DNA of 63,973 bases, filler included, from Craspedostauros australis (lineage: Eukaryota), in assembly GCA_030167865.1 (NCBI GenBank). It is 14 parts of 14 records of this genome, joined end to end, with 100 filler letters (N's around TTAATTAATTAA, not from the genome) between each part and the next. Parts side by side here need not be neighbours in the genome. Positions count along the whole stretch, not along the records: positions 1 to 7,864 come from JALAGF010003636.1; positions 7,965 to 11,083 come from JALAGF010003638.1; positions 11,184 to 27,556 come from JALAGF010003639.1; 11 more parts are not named here. The stretch is one strand, 5' to 3'. The notes under the pieces are model-generated. The model did not search any database. It worked only from the letters and a program-made list of their open reading frames with translations, and had not been told where the DNA came from. Both the position numbers and the translations under genes were made by a program. Shown piece by piece: positions 1 through 11,513 of this stretch (its first letter is position 1; the number at the start of each line of letters is the position of its first letter).

Positions 1-409
1 TGGAGCATCGACGAAACATGAATACCTCAGCCGCAGATTGCAGGCGCACGAGACGGAGATCTTCCATGTCCGTCCAGTGACACCCAGCCGACCGCAATAC
101 ATCGGTAGCGATATTCACTTCTCGTGCGGACTGGAAGTTGATAGCTTCAACCTCATGGACAACAACACCGTCGAGATCAACCTCAAGCGCGACTTGGAGC
201 GGTTGGGCAAGTACATTTACGTGTTCGTGCCCGTCATCAACACCGCTTCCGTTCGTGTCAAAGTTGGTGGCAAGCAGGGGACGTGGAGTATCCACTCGCA
301 AGTCCCACAGAAAGGAGGCCCGAACAGCTGCGGCTCCATTCTGCGGATCGCCATCGACATCAAAGCGGATGGTTCAGAAGATGATGGGATGGTGTCGATT
401 CTATTTTGA
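1..409 (+). CDS. 3' part of a probable alpha-galactosidase (GH36-like C-terminal domain), 5'-truncated by the window edge
   Basis: The frame is open from the window start to TGA at 407-409. The motif P-x-YIGSDIHFSCGLEV resembles C-termini of GH36-type alpha-galactosidases as recalled (not searched). Identical to the copy at 8875-9283. Confidence 0.45.
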   Translation, partial: GASTKHEYLSRRLQAHETEIFHVRPVTPSRPQYIGSDIHFSCGLEVDSFNLMDNNTVEINLKRDLERLGKYIYVFVPVINTASVRVKVGGKQGTWSIHSQVPQKGGPNSCGSILRIAIDIKADGSEDDGMVSILF

Positions 410-839
410 TGGGTTGCAGCCAGAATCGCGGCACTATCGTCCTCGACTGGTACTCTACACATCGCGATATGACTTGCCGGCACATTCCCGTTCAAGTGCA
501 GAAGCGTTCGCAGAACAAACATAGAAATCTACTCTCAAGATACTATCACTCCTACTCATTCACGAATGTTGTCAAACATGAATAGCCTTGCTGTCGTCCG
601 TTAGATTTCGCGCCAACACGACACGACAAAACTGCCAACCACCAAGCGACAACATCCAGTTGCGTTTTCCAACCAACTCCAAACACAAGCACACACCCAT
701 CACGACAGAGTCTCCGAGTCCATCTTCATCACTTGGCCGACCTCACGACATTCCCCACAATCTCCAACTTCAACAGCGGAGCAGTCATTCCAGTGGACGC
801 ACTCTACAATACACAGAGAGTAACAGAGTCGTCAGCATC

Positions 840-1234
840 ATGGATAGCACCACACAGACAGGCGCCACGCCGCTGCCAATCATGCGCGGTGTGGAGTACC
901 GATGCGGAGACTGCGGTGCCCGCAACATGATCAAGGGAGGCGATCCCGTGCGATGTCGGCAATGCGGGTTCCGCATCCTCTACAAGACGCGCACGAAGCG
1001 ATGTAAGTGGAACTATGTTGCGATGCGCTGTGATGGAATGTGCTATGCTGTGCCGTGGCTTGTCTTTATGAGAATGAATGCACTCAACGCGGGCCTGAAA
1101 TCCACTCACAACGACACCCTGCAAATTGATGTCGCTCCTACCTTCAAACCGGACGATTTTTGCTTCCACCATGGATACTTCTACGAATCCGCGACGATGA
1201 TGCAACAATAGTGATCCAGTTTGAAGCGCGATAG
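840..1234 (+). CDS. RPB12: RNA polymerase I/II/III shared subunit RPABC4 (Rpb12); exons 840-1002 and 1212-1234
   Basis: Zinc ribbon Y-x-CGDCG...[19 protein letters not shown]. A GTAAGT donor at 1003 and a TAG acceptor ending at 1211 give the canonical end LIQFEAR*. Confidence 0.95.
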
Positions 1235-2280
1235 CGATCAATTGGAAATACCGTAGCGGAAGACGGGGCCTTGCTTTGATGAAACCGCGGACGGAATTTA
1301 CGACAGCATAGACGATGACAGCGGATGCCGTCGGGTGGGCGATGAATTGCTCGACGCAGCAACGCAAAGCAACAGGTGAAGAAATGGAGGGAGCGAAGCT
1401 GCACCGTAGCGAATATGCACAGAGCCGACGTCGCGGCTGCATATGTGCAATGGAAAGTTGAAGAGGCCACAAGATGTGAATGATGCATCACACACCATCA
1501 TCGGAATATTGGCAGAGAATCAATGGCGAATGGACCTGCTTTGTTGGGACACAGCGAATGACCATAAAACTCGAACGATCGAAGACTATGCCTTGGACGC
1601 ATTCACTGCAACCTTTTCAGCGACAAGGATGGGATGATGATTGCCGATGATTGCCGGTGCAGTTCCCATCGCGATTCACCCAAATGGTGGACAATGACCG
1701 CTGTTTCAATCAGCGCAGCGTGTGTCAAGAAACGGTACATCCATGAGGGCATACGCCGGGCGTCGCTGACATTACATGACAGCCTGGCGCCGGCACAATA
1801 AAGTTGCGGAAGGCGACGTACATAGTGGATACTTGATTGCATAAACTGAAAGCAACAGAGAACAATAACCAGATCAAGAGTTGCGCAACTCATGAAAAGT
1901 CACAAGATCTTTCATCCCTCTCTGGTGCTTGAATCCTCTTCACAGTCCATATTTCGTGCGGACCGCTGCTCGTTGATCATACTCTTGTGCTTTTCCAAAG
2001 GCTTGAGGTGATGCCTGCGCACCGCCGATTCTCTGAAACGTCTGCAGTTTCTTCGGCGATAGTCCTCCATGACGGCCGTCTTCGATCTCAAAGTTATAGT
2101 TCTCATCGAACGCATCGACGGGGGCGCCCAAACACACACAGCATCAATGCCAGAAAAGGAAGCACAAATGCGCTGCACACCTGAAAGTCCATGATCTGCC
2201 AATGTCGAACGTTTCGTGAAATGGAAATGAACGAAGGCTCTGTCAAATAAGTTCATCCACTGTTCTATTTGGTCTTTGCC

Positions 2281-5200
2281 CTATGCATAATCCGACTTAT
2301 GCTGGCGCAACAGCATGTCGACCTTCTTGTTCGCGCCCCACTGTCCGTATAGATTGATGGACTCCTCCAAATGGATCTTCGCCTTCTCCTTGTTTCCTCT
2401 GCGAGCATAGAAAGCAGAGTATCTCTCATTCACAAGGGCCTGGTCGTGAATAAGCGACTGTCGCCGCGTCATTTGGATGGCCTCGTCGTATTGCTCGATT
2501 GCTTTCTTGTCTTGTTTCTTCAGAGAGTACTTTTCAGCATCCAACAGCGCAATGTACGGGATGCAATTCGGATTGCCCTTCTTGGCCCACCTCTTCAATA
2601 TCTTCAGGAATGTGCGAGCGTGCTTGGTGTAGTAGGATGGTTTGCATTTGTGTGCCATCCCGTAACAGCAGAGTGCACTATGGAACAGTGCAGGAGGCAG
2701 ATAGTAACTGGATGGTAGCGCCTTGACCCAATCCAGGCAAGATTTGATTGCAATTTGGGAACCAATTTCATGCTCGCCAAAGTAGGCTGCAAGATACAGC
2801 TGGAATATCCTGCGAGTCATGTCTTGAGCATCTGCTAGCGCATGGTTGGCATCATACGCTTCGTTTGTTTCGTTGTATGCATCCCCAATCAATTGGGTTG
2901 TGTGGTTGGAGGCACCTCGAAGGTTCAAGACAAGCTGCCATAGCATGAGGGTCAGCTGGTATTGGAGGTTCTGCTGGAAATCTCGCATGGTGTTGCTGTG
3001 AACCAGTGCATCTTCGTCGAGAGAGTCCAGCGGTTGCCCGGCGACGAGGCTGAAGACGAGAGAGCCATACAGAGACCAAGTACCAGTTTCCACGTCACCA
3101 GTGGACATACTTAGCCTTGAAGCCTCCAGCATGGGACTGATACTTTCTTCAAACGGATGATTCCAATGACGAATGCCGCATTGGTGATAGTGTATAGTCT
3201 TGCCATCAAAGCTGGGATCATCCGATATCTTGGTGATTCTCAGCGCTATCTTCCCACACTTTTGAGCCACATCGAAGCGCTCCAGTATGCAAACCTCGAG
3301 AATTCCGGCGAAGGCCAGAGCCGATGCCGAATACATCGTGATTCCTTGTTTCAAGCTCAGCCTCAATGCCTTCACAGTGATCAAAGGCACGAGATCGGGT
3401 GCGCTCAAGTAAGCGATCATTGTGAACTTGTCCAATGTCTTCATGACGGCTTGACGATGTTCGTCATTTGATAACGACAGCGTGTCTCTCAAGTCTTCTT
3501 CCAGCCGTCGAACTATGCTCTGGGTTGATATTATTCCTCGGAGAATGTAGATCATCCGACCCAGGGTGGTGGAAGGAAGATTGCAACCAAGCTGTGACAA
3601 CAGGTCAAGGCACATATCCACGGGCCCTTCCTCTTCAGTATTCTCTGTTTCCGAGAAAGAGATGTCGATCAGGACGTGATATGCACGGACCTTGCCCAGT
3701 ATGCCACAGTTCTGATTGATGACGGCCTTGCAGTATGATCGTGAGGCGGCGAAGCTGGTGATCACGAGATGGCTCTCCGCTGCCGATGAGTACAGCTCCA
3801 GGCTCTCCTCACTCAGCGTCTGCCAGTGATCATCTGGAAGGAGATCGATCGCCAAGGCGAAATATGAAGACGCCAGATGGAAGGCCGATGCACTGGCGGC
3901 CTGCTGCCCAGCCTTGTGGTTGAGCATGATGATCCTCATTCGACGATCCAACGCCTGACGGCTGGGCATGAGATCGGGTCTCGTGTCGAGAAGATTGGTG
4001 ATCATGAAGATCTTGTCGTTGAGGTCGTTCTCAGATAGCGCGTACAGCAGGATCTCTCCAACACGATACTTGAGCTCCGAGAGCTGGTCTTCTGTGGGTA
4101 TCATGGATAGTGCGGCTTCTTGGACCTTGTCATGGATAAAGGCGTATTGGACGGATTTGGCCCGTCTGACTCGCGTACTCTTGTTGCTGGTGGATGTCTC
4201 TTTGGAGCTGCCATCGCTAACTGTGGAGCTTTGGTGATCAAGCACTTGTACTTTCTTGAGCAATGCTTCTCTGTCGAATGTCTGGAGCATGGCGATGATC
4301 TCATCCTCCTTGACGATCTTGGTGACTTGGAATACCTCGCGGAAGAACTTGGAGTGACTGGAGTGGATGAAGAGGCCCGTGATGACTGCGCAGACGTGCG
4401 AAGTAGAGAACGTGGCTCCGAGGCAGGCCGCGATGGATAGTACCCAGTGCGTGGAGGCGGACTTTTGGAGCCTCATCTTCATGAGGTCCATGATGTTGTC
4501 ACCCGCAGCCGCAGATCTGTAAGTGATCTCGTTGACATCCCAGGCCCATGCTGCTGCGTGGCTGGCGTCATTCGTGACTCCTGATACTTCTGGGAGTGTC
4601 GCCGCTGCTGTTGTTGGCGGTGTCGGCGGTGTTGGTAGATGATTCTGGGTGATGAGACCGTCCTTGACGAGTGAGTCAAGGTACTGCTGGATGAAGAACA
4701 TGTTGCCAGCCGTCTTCCCGTGCACGATCTCTGCCAGAGGCATCAAGTGTGCGAGCGATGATGCAGCTTCGGAATGATCGGGATGATCGCCTTCGTCTCC
4801 TTCATGCGAAGATACACGGAAGAGGCGCTGGAGGTACACTGCTACCTCATCCACGCTCAGATCCTCGACTGAGAGCTTAATGATCCGAATGGACCGCTCT
4901 CTCTTCGATTCCTCCAACGATGCCAGAGTCGCCTTCAGAGTCTGGTTCTCATCCAACATGTTCGAACGGTACAGTCCGATGATGGTCAGCGATGTGCTTC
5001 TGCTGTCCAGCAGCCAGGACTGGATGAGACCCAGCGAGGCTCGATCAGCCCACTGAAGGTCGTCGATGGCCATGACTACTGGGCAGTAGCTGCAGAGGAT
5101 CTGCATGAACCTGCGCAACACGTAGGTGATTCGTTGTGTGTGGCTTTTGTAATTCATGGACAAGCCGCTACCCCACACACTGCTGCCGACAGAGGGGCAG

Positions 5201-6168
5201 ACGGATTCGTCGCTGACACCGTGAAGCGATGTCGGCAATGGTAATGCCAAATTCGGGTGTGTAGCTGATGTGGCGGAACCCGGGGGGTTGCCATTCCCAA
5301 CAGCCTGCTGCGATGTCTTCACGGTTGTCAGCATTTCAATGTTAGGGATGACGTGGGATAGCAGCGCTAGCTCTCCCATCGATAGCCCTTTCGACACCAA
5401 CGTCGCGAGTGTCTGACGCTTCGATCCAGGGCCCTCAGTGCTTGCCTGGTGTTCTGTCGAGGCCTTCACTTCTGACTGAGCCCTGTTTGCCACCTGTTCG
5501 CATAGCTCCGCCATGGCTGACTGGATACCTGTGTACGGGACACCCTCCTTCTTGGTGGATAATTCGCATTTTCCTGTTGCGAAGAAGCCATCGAAAGGCG
5601 CGTCTGTGTCATTGTTGCTGTCGTTGATGTTGGCTTGATCTGGACCGACGAAGCATGCTGTTTGAGGCAGCAAGCTTTTGCAGACTTGCTCGACGAGTGC
5701 TGACTTGCCGCTTCCGGACTGCCCAGAGATCAAGACTAACGACCGAACGTGGTTTTGAGCGGTGGATGCGATGGTTGTATTTGGCACGGGCGACGATGGC
5801 AGCGGCGATGGCGGCAAGTCCTTGGTTTCTACATCGCTGCCGTTGCTACTTGTGGCAGTTCCACTGGCCGTGCTGCTGCTGCTACTACAAGCGTGGATGC
5901 ATGTATTTCCCTCAACCCCGTTGGTCGATGAGATTGGATCTTTCGGAAGGCTGGCTGCAGGCCCTTGGTTCAGAACCGAATATGTTTTCTTTTTTTGTTG
6001 GTTCTCGATTGCGTTGAGCAATACACGGATCTCCTTGTCACGTCCAACCAGGCCGACCTTGTCGAATGCGAGGCATGCCGTCACCTCGGTTGCATGCGTT
6101 GGCATTGTTGCTGTTGCGATTGGTGTTGCTGCCATCGCTTCAAGTTGTGTGGTTGTTATCGTGATCAT
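2281..6168 (-). CDS. STAND/AAA-type ATPase with C-terminal helical (TPR-like) repeats, COG3899-like, 1295 aa
   Basis: LVGRDKE, Walker A GQSGSGKS, Walker B MAIDDLQWAD, GNMFFI, FIHDKVQEAA and a C-terminal A-x-YGQWGA-x-x-KV motif. Long uninterrupted ORF. Confidence 0.85.
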   Translation of the reverse strand: MITITTTQLEAMAATPIATATMPTHATEVTACLAFDKVGLVGRDKEIRVLLNAIENQQKKKTYSVLNQGPAASLPKDPISSTNGVEGNTCIHACSSSSSTASGTATSSNGSDVETKDLPPSPLPSSPVPNTTIASTAQNHVRSLVLISGQSGSGKSALVEQVCKSLLPQTACFVGPDQANINDSNNDTDAPFDGFFATGKCELSTKKEGVPYTGIQSAMAELCEQVANRAQSEVKASTEHQASTEGPGSKRQTLATLVSKGLSMGELALLSHVIPNIEMLTTVKTSQQAVGNGNPPGSATSATHPNLALPLPTSLHGVSDESVCPSVGSSVWGSGLSMNYKSHTQRITYVLRRFMQILCSYCPVVMAIDDLQWADRASLGLIQSWLLDSRSTSLTIIGLYRSNMLDENQTLKATLASLEESKRERSIRIIKLSVEDLSVDEVAVYLQRLFRVSSHEGDEGDHPDHSEAASSLAHLMPLAEIVHGKTAGNMFFIQQYLDSLVKDGLITQNHLPTPPTPPTTAAATLPEVSGVTNDASHAAAWAWDVNEITYRSAAAGDNIMDLMKMRLQKSASTHWVLSIAACLGATFSTSHVCAVITGLFIHSSHSKFFREVFQVTKIVKEDEIIAMLQTFDREALLKKVQVLDHQSSTVSDGSSKETSTSNKSTRVRRAKSVQYAFIHDKVQEAALSMIPTEDQLSELKYRVGEILLYALSENDLNDKIFMITNLLDTRPDLMPSRQALDRRMRIIMLNHKAGQQAASASAFHLASSYFALAIDLLPDDHWQTLSEESLELYSSAAESHLVITSFAASRSYCKAVINQNCGILGKVRAYHVLIDISFSETENTEEEGPVDMCLDLLSQLGCNLPSTTLGRMIYILRGIISTQSIVRRLEEDLRDTLSLSNDEHRQAVMKTLDKFTMIAYLSAPDLVPLITVKALRLSLKQGITMYSASALAFAGILEVCILERFDVAQKCGKIALRITKISDDPSFDGKTIHYHQCGIRHWNHPFEESISPMLEASRLSMSTGDVETGTWSLYGSLVFSLVAGQPLDSLDEDALVHSNTMRDFQQNLQYQLTLMLWQLVLNLRGASNHTTQLIGDAYNETNEAYDANHALADAQDMTRRIFQLYLAAYFGEHEIGSQIAIKSCLDWVKALPSSYYLPPALFHSALCCYGMAHKCKPSYYTKHARTFLKILKRWAKKGNPNCIPYIALLDAEKYSLKKQDKKAIEQYDEAIQMTRRQSLIHDQALVNERYSAFYARRGNKEKAKIHLEESINLYGQWGANKKVDMLLRQHKSDYA

Positions 6169-7747
6169 GGGCTCGTGGCAATTTCGCGCCGGTTTGATCT
6201 ACTTTTGTGACACCAAGAAGTGCGGGTGGCCAGAGCGCTCATGCCAGCACCAAGGTCCTACTCGCAACTTGGATGTACACCAAGCCGAGCATCGTCAATG
6301 CCACACGGAGGGGCGTTGAATGGTGGATTCGAAGCAGAGTAGGGAATCTGGGTTCATCCCAGTCAGTGTTTCCGTTCTGGGTTTCAGAAGGATCGAGCCC
6401 AACTATAGCTAATTGTCTGTATCCTGCTGTGGTGCCAATTCGCGCGCACAAGCGCGTCCACGTCCCACGAAAGGGCACTTCCCGCTTTTCGTGTCAGCAA
6501 GATCGAGGGAGTGTCTAGAGGGAGAGGTCCACGACCCTGTTTCCACTCCGTGCTGCCTTTCATGAACCTTTCCTGTCGCCAAACCTGCTTTTGTTTTTCG
6601 TGGTTGTTCCCTTGGGAAAGGTTTGGTTGACATCAACCGGACTGATACCAACTTGATTGTTGTCATTCCGCTATTGACGGACGTCGGTTCACAGCACGTT
6701 CTGTGAGCAGCGCAGTCTCTTGACACATTTGGGGAGGCTTGAGAGGCGTACCGAATCGCTTCAGGCCACCTGCTCATCCTATTGAACGGTCGAGCGAAGA
6801 CCCTCGATAAATTGGCAGGGCCGATTTTGATCCTTGGTCGTACGACAATACGAGGTAAGCGCGTGCCTCAGCATATGGTACAAGTTACAAGAAAGATATT
6901 CTGTTCGACTTGTTTTTGTTCGTGGTGAGGCATCAACCACGATAATAGAGTGTGTCCGTTTCTCTAATCTGGCCACGCCTGATATCTTGGACGGGCCTTT
7001 CTTCACTTTGGACAGTATCCGCCTACCCAGTGTCTTGAATCAATGCATCTCTGAGGTTCGTTGGGTGGTATTGGTCTTGACAAGGTACGAAGATGGTGCC
7101 CACAAGGCATGCCGTTACGGTGTTGATTGACGCTTTTTTGCACGAAATCTTTTGCAGCCCACGATCGCTCTGAGTGCTCCGCCAGCTCCCCCGTCCTCGT
7201 TTGGATCGTCGCGCGTTCTCTCGGAGAAGGAGAACAACAAGAAAGCCACCTGCGGGACACGAATATACGTACGTATGGCACCATGTGACGAGATAGATGG
7301 CGCCAGTGCATGGTGCATCGGAGTCGAGTACCATCTGGAATGCAGTTCTGAACGAGGCGAAAATGTCTCCAGCTCGTGGAATACTTGCGACGTCAGGGGC
7401 GACACCTTACGCGTTTGAGTTGGGACGCCCCAATGTTGTTTCCCAGCAGTGGACTCGCCTGGTTTGGACGAGGACGCTGCTTGGCTCTGGTGACAACTAG
7501 CAACTTAGGAATGCATTGTAACTGTGCTGCTAATTGTGAGTGTAATTATGTATGGATGTTGCTTCATTGAGTTGCTTGGCATTCGCGTTGCTATCTGAAG
7601 TTTCTCCTCTTTTGGTTTGAATGTATCGTGCATCCGTGTCATTGGTGGGCGGGACTGTTTGAACCAATCATGCCTCTCTTCCAGGATCCGATTTGAAGTA
7701 GTATACTGTGCGGGGCGGTAGAGCTATGCTTCTGGGATCCTTCTCAG

Positions 7748-7850
7748 TCTCGGATACGATCGTGTCACATGTCTGACTCTCGGATACCTTCGAGTCGATC
7801 GATTCGTGCCTTGGATACCAGTTGAGTCCCGCATGTGATTCTCGGATACC
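7748..7850. repeat. Four copies of a 10-bp motif TCTCGGATAC spaced 30-31 bp apart
   Basis: Copies start at 7748, 7778, 7809 (variant CCTTGGATAC) and 7840. The array runs almost to the contig end at 7864. Confidence 0.7.
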
Positions 7851-7864
7851 ATATTATCCCACAC

Positions 7865-7964
7865 NNNNNNNNNNNNNNNNNNNNNNNNNNNNNNNNNNNN
7901 NNNNNNNNTTAATTAATTAANNNNNNNNNNNNNNNNNNNNNNNNNNNNNNNNNNNNNNNNNNNN
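7865..7964. other. Artificial contig linker (N44-TTAATTAATTAA-N44). Others at 11084-11183, 27557-27656, 35307-35406, 38637-38736, 40909-41008, 43363-43462, 51634-51733, 56174-56273, 58158-58257, 59693-59792, 60937-61036 and 62688-62787
   Basis: An identical 100-nt spacer with stops in all six frames occurs 13 times. Confidence 0.99.
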
Positions 7965-9283
7965 GTCATCGTCTATGCTGTCGTAAATTCCGTCCGCGGT
8001 TTCATCAAAGCAAGGCCCCGTCTTCCGCTACGGTATTTCCAATTGATCGCTATCGCGCTTCAAACTGGATCACTATTGTTGCATCATCGTCGCGGATTCG
8101 TAGAAGTATCCATGGTGGAAGCAAAAATCGTCCGGTTTGAAGGTAGGAGCGACATCAATTTGCAGGGTGTCGTTGTGAGTGGATTTCAGGCCCGCGTTGA
8201 GTGCATTCATTCTCATAAAGACAAGCCACGGCACAGCATAGCACATTCCATCACAGCGCATCGCAACATAGTTCCACTTACATCGCTTCGTGCGCGTCTT
8301 GTAGAGGATGCGGAACCCGCATTGCCGACATCGCACGGGATCGCCTCCCTTGATCATGTTGCGGGCACCGCAGTCTCCGCATCGGTACTCCACACCGCGC
8401 ATGATTGGCAGCGGCGTGGCGCCTGTCTGTGTGGTGCTATCCATGATGCTGACGACTCTGTTACTCTCTGTGTATTGTAGAGTGCGTCCACTGGAATGAC
8501 TGCTCCGCTGTTGAAGTTGGAGATTGTGGGGAATGTCGTGAGGTCGGCCAAGTGATGAAGATGGACTCGGAGACTCTGTCGTGATGGGTGTGTGCTTGTG
8601 TTTGGAGTTGGTTGGAAAACGCAACTGGATGTTGTCGCTTGGTGGTTGGCAGTTTTGTCGTGTCGTGTTGGCGCGAAATCTAACGGACGACAGCAAGGCT
8701 ATTCATGTTTGACAACATTCGTGAATGAGTAGGAGTGATAGTATCTTGAGAGTAGATTTCTATGTTTGTTCTGCGAACGCTTCTGCACTTGAACGGGAAT
8801 GTGCCGGCAAGTCATATCGCGATGTGTAGAGTACCAGTCGAGGACGATAGTGCCGCGATTCTGGCTGCAACCCATCAAAATAGAATCGACACCATCCCAT
8901 CATCTTCTGAACCATCCGCTTTGATGTCGATGGCGATCCGCAGAATGGAGCCGCAGCTGTTCGGGCCTCCTTTCTGTGGGACTTGCGAGTGGATACTCCA
9001 CGTCCCCTGCTTGCCACCAACTTTGACACGAACGGAAGCGGTGTTGATGACGGGCACGAACACGTAAATGTACTTGCCCAACCGCTCCAAGTCGCGCTTG
9101 AGGTTGATCTCGACGGTGTTGTTGTCCATGAGGTTGAAGCTATCAACTTCCAGTCCGCACGAGAAGTGAATATCGCTACCGATGTATTGCGGTCGGCTGG
9201 GTGTCACTGGACGGACATGGAAGATCTCCGTCTCGTGCGCCTGCAATCTGCGGCTGAGGTATTCATGTTTCGTCGATGCTCCA
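7965..9283 (-). repeat. Exact reverse-complement copy of 1-1319 (overlapping contigs)
   Basis: ORF sets are identical and coordinates sum to 9284. The copy begins exactly at a contig edge. Confidence 0.95.
8050..8444 (-). CDS. RPB12: RPB12, redundant copy of 840-1234
   Basis: Reverse complement of 840-1234. Confidence 0.9.
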
Positions 9284-9520
9284 TCGCCATTCTGTTCTGC
9301 TTGAGTGTCTGCCGTTGGTGTCGTGTGATCAATCCACTGGCACTGCCCGGACCAGAAAGAAAAGACATGATAGCCGTCGTGGGAATGCGATCGCGAAGAT
9401 GGGGAAGCGGGCAATGTTTCGCCGTCGCGGTCGGCACTATCTAGAAGTTTGCCTGTATCATGTGGCGTCTGAAGTGCTGTCCGAGGCACCCGCACCTCGG
9501 ATGGCTCGTCAGACCAGTTG
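8875..9520 (-). CDS. 3' part (last exon or fragment) of a probable alpha-galactosidase
   Basis: NWSD...YHVFSFWSG...YIGSDIHFSCGLEV. The frame is closed by TGA at about 9538-9540. There is a possible acceptor CTCGGTAG ending at 9521, but no upstream exon is recognisable in the contig. Confidence 0.45.
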
Positions 9521-9524
9521 CTAC

Positions 9525-10061
9525 CGAGCATGTGGTGTCAAGCACGAGGTCCCTTGGAGCCTTGCGCTGTACGCGATCTACCAATCAGTCTGCAACTCGA
9601 TTCATGATTGGTCTTTCGTTGCAGTGCTTTGTGGCACACCCATGATGAAATCGGTATTGCGGTTCCGCGGCGCCGATGTCCAAGGACGGTTGCTATACTT
9701 CGGATTCCGCGTCTACGAAGCCTCGTACATCACATTCGCAGATGGCGCTGTGATCGACGATTGCATCGTCAACGGTCACTCGGGTGTGTTCTCGAAGGTG
9801 ACATTGGGAACCTCGTACATCGATGGTGTGATGCATCCATCGTCCTTCGTGCTGATGAGAAAGGGACCGGCGACTGCTCCAACTACGACTTCATTGGTTG
9901 AGCATGCCGCAGGGAAGATGATCACCGACAGCCAACCATCGGCCAAAGGCCAGGATTGCACAACGTCTGACGCACCAGTATCGCTGGAGGACGAAGATCG
10001 CGAATCCGCAGAGTCGCTTGCTCCAAGTGATCACTGTGGAGAGGAGGTGGACATCGTGTGA
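9525..10061 (+). CDS. C-terminal fragment resembling the Pls/PosA-type NRPS terminal domain
   Basis: GTPMMKSVLRFRGADV-x-G...ITFADGAVIDDCIVNGH...VTLG matches the recalled GTP-x4-LR-x-LGA-x-IG / GDGAV / H motif order. No plausible 5' part is present. Confidence 0.45.
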   Translation, partial: RACGVKHEVPWSLALYAIYQSVCNSIHDWSFVAVLCGTPMMKSVLRFRGADVQGRLLYFGFRVYEASYITFADGAVIDDCIVNGHSGVFSKVTLGTSYIDGVMHPSSFVLMRKGPATAPTTTSLVEHAAGKMITDSQPSAKGQDCTTSDAPVSLEDEDRESAESLAPSDHCGEEVDIV

Positions 10062-11513
10062 AGCTTGTGATCGAGTCGCAACAGTTGTGGTGACCGCATC
10101 GCCGACATCCACATCACCTCTCCATCAATACCGCCACTCATCATCATGACGCACGTCAACGCTCGCACATGAAAGTGTTGGAAGTGACGTTGTGCAATGG
10201 TATGGCGCGATCGCAACAAACAAGAAGAATTGGAGGCAGAATGCCGTCATCCACCAATACCATTAGAATTGCAGTCTTATCAACATTACAAAGCGCGGGA
10301 TTGGCAACATGCAGATGTTCATGGTGCCATACGATGGAGAGCATGGCGTGGTGCTAAACACAGTGCCGACGAGAGTGTTACCTGTCTCGTCTTTCCCATG
10401 TGTCTCGACCGTTGCCAATGCCATTGCCGATGCCATCAACAACGTCATTGGCATTGCTTGACGAGTGAGCCGCCTGTTCCACGACAGGATGTCATTGTTC
10501 GTGGTTGTGTTGATGTGTTGGTTGTTGGCGACATTTCGAAAGGGAGAATGATCTTCATCAATAACGTCCATTCAACCGTCTATTCCCATAGTGACTTCCA
10601 ACAAACCACGCAGTCCTCGCTTCGCCGCGCATAGCAACCTTGTTGGGCTTATCTCCTCCTAAATACCGTTCCCACACGACGCGCCGGGTGGTGTTTCCGG
10701 GATCTCGCGGACTCGCCCACGCCGGAATTCCATCGCTCAAATTTCGCAAGAGAGGCGAACCGATCAGTATAGTACCCAACGTGAGGATTTGTAACGTGTG
10801 ATGATGCATTGGTACTCGCACACGTAGCTTTGTACGTGGAATAGTACTGGTAGTGGCAAGTGTCAGCCTTTCTCACTCGCATCCATGGCGTGCGCCTTCC
10901 CTCTACAACGCTCTTCCTACTACTCGCATCAACTGGTTGTCCTTGTCGTCAATCTCCATTTCATCAACTCAAATCGACTTCCATTCTCAACTCCACCTTC
11001 ATCTCACAATCTCAAACTTTGCAAACTCTGCAACGTTCAATCACAGCAACAACCAGAGTATCAACACAACAACAAACAAACAANNNNNNNNNNNNNNNNN
11101 NNNNNNNNNNNNNNNNNNNNNNNNNNNTTAATTAATTAANNNNNNNNNNNNNNNNNNNNNNNNNNNNNNNNNNNNNNNNNNNNTCCTGCATCACCAATGG
11201 AACGTGACATCTGGAGAGCAGAAGGACACCTACTGACGTCGACAGGATGTCATCGTGTCACCACGTCAACATCTGTCTCCAGGTCAGAGCAGGAGGCAAA
11301 GATCCAATGACCGAAGGGCATCAAGATCATGGACACTGAAGATGAACTTCAAATGGCGAGTACTCATGGAGTAGGAGCCAGTATTGAATGAACGGAGTGT
11401 CGAATGCGGAGTACGCATCGAACACGGAGTATCGTGTAGCGCAAGTACACGATGATGAGAGAGAGAGAGTAAAGAGAGAAGAGCGAGAGAGCATCTCGCA
11501 TACCAACTCATAG

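Noticed and set aside
588..1211. 207-aa ORF as listed in the track
   Set aside because: It reads through the 5' UTR and the intron. The spliced RPB12 model explains it.
7865..7964. Recurring TTAATTAATTAA palindromes, and ORFs ending in X..LIN
   Set aside because: These are artificial contig linkers. Adjacency across them has no biological meaning.
1..9283. Apparent large inverted repeats (1-1319 / 7965-9283 and 43463-47250 / 51734-55521)
   Set aside because: The copies are identical, lie on different contigs and end at contig edges, so they are assembly overlap rather than TIRs or real duplications.
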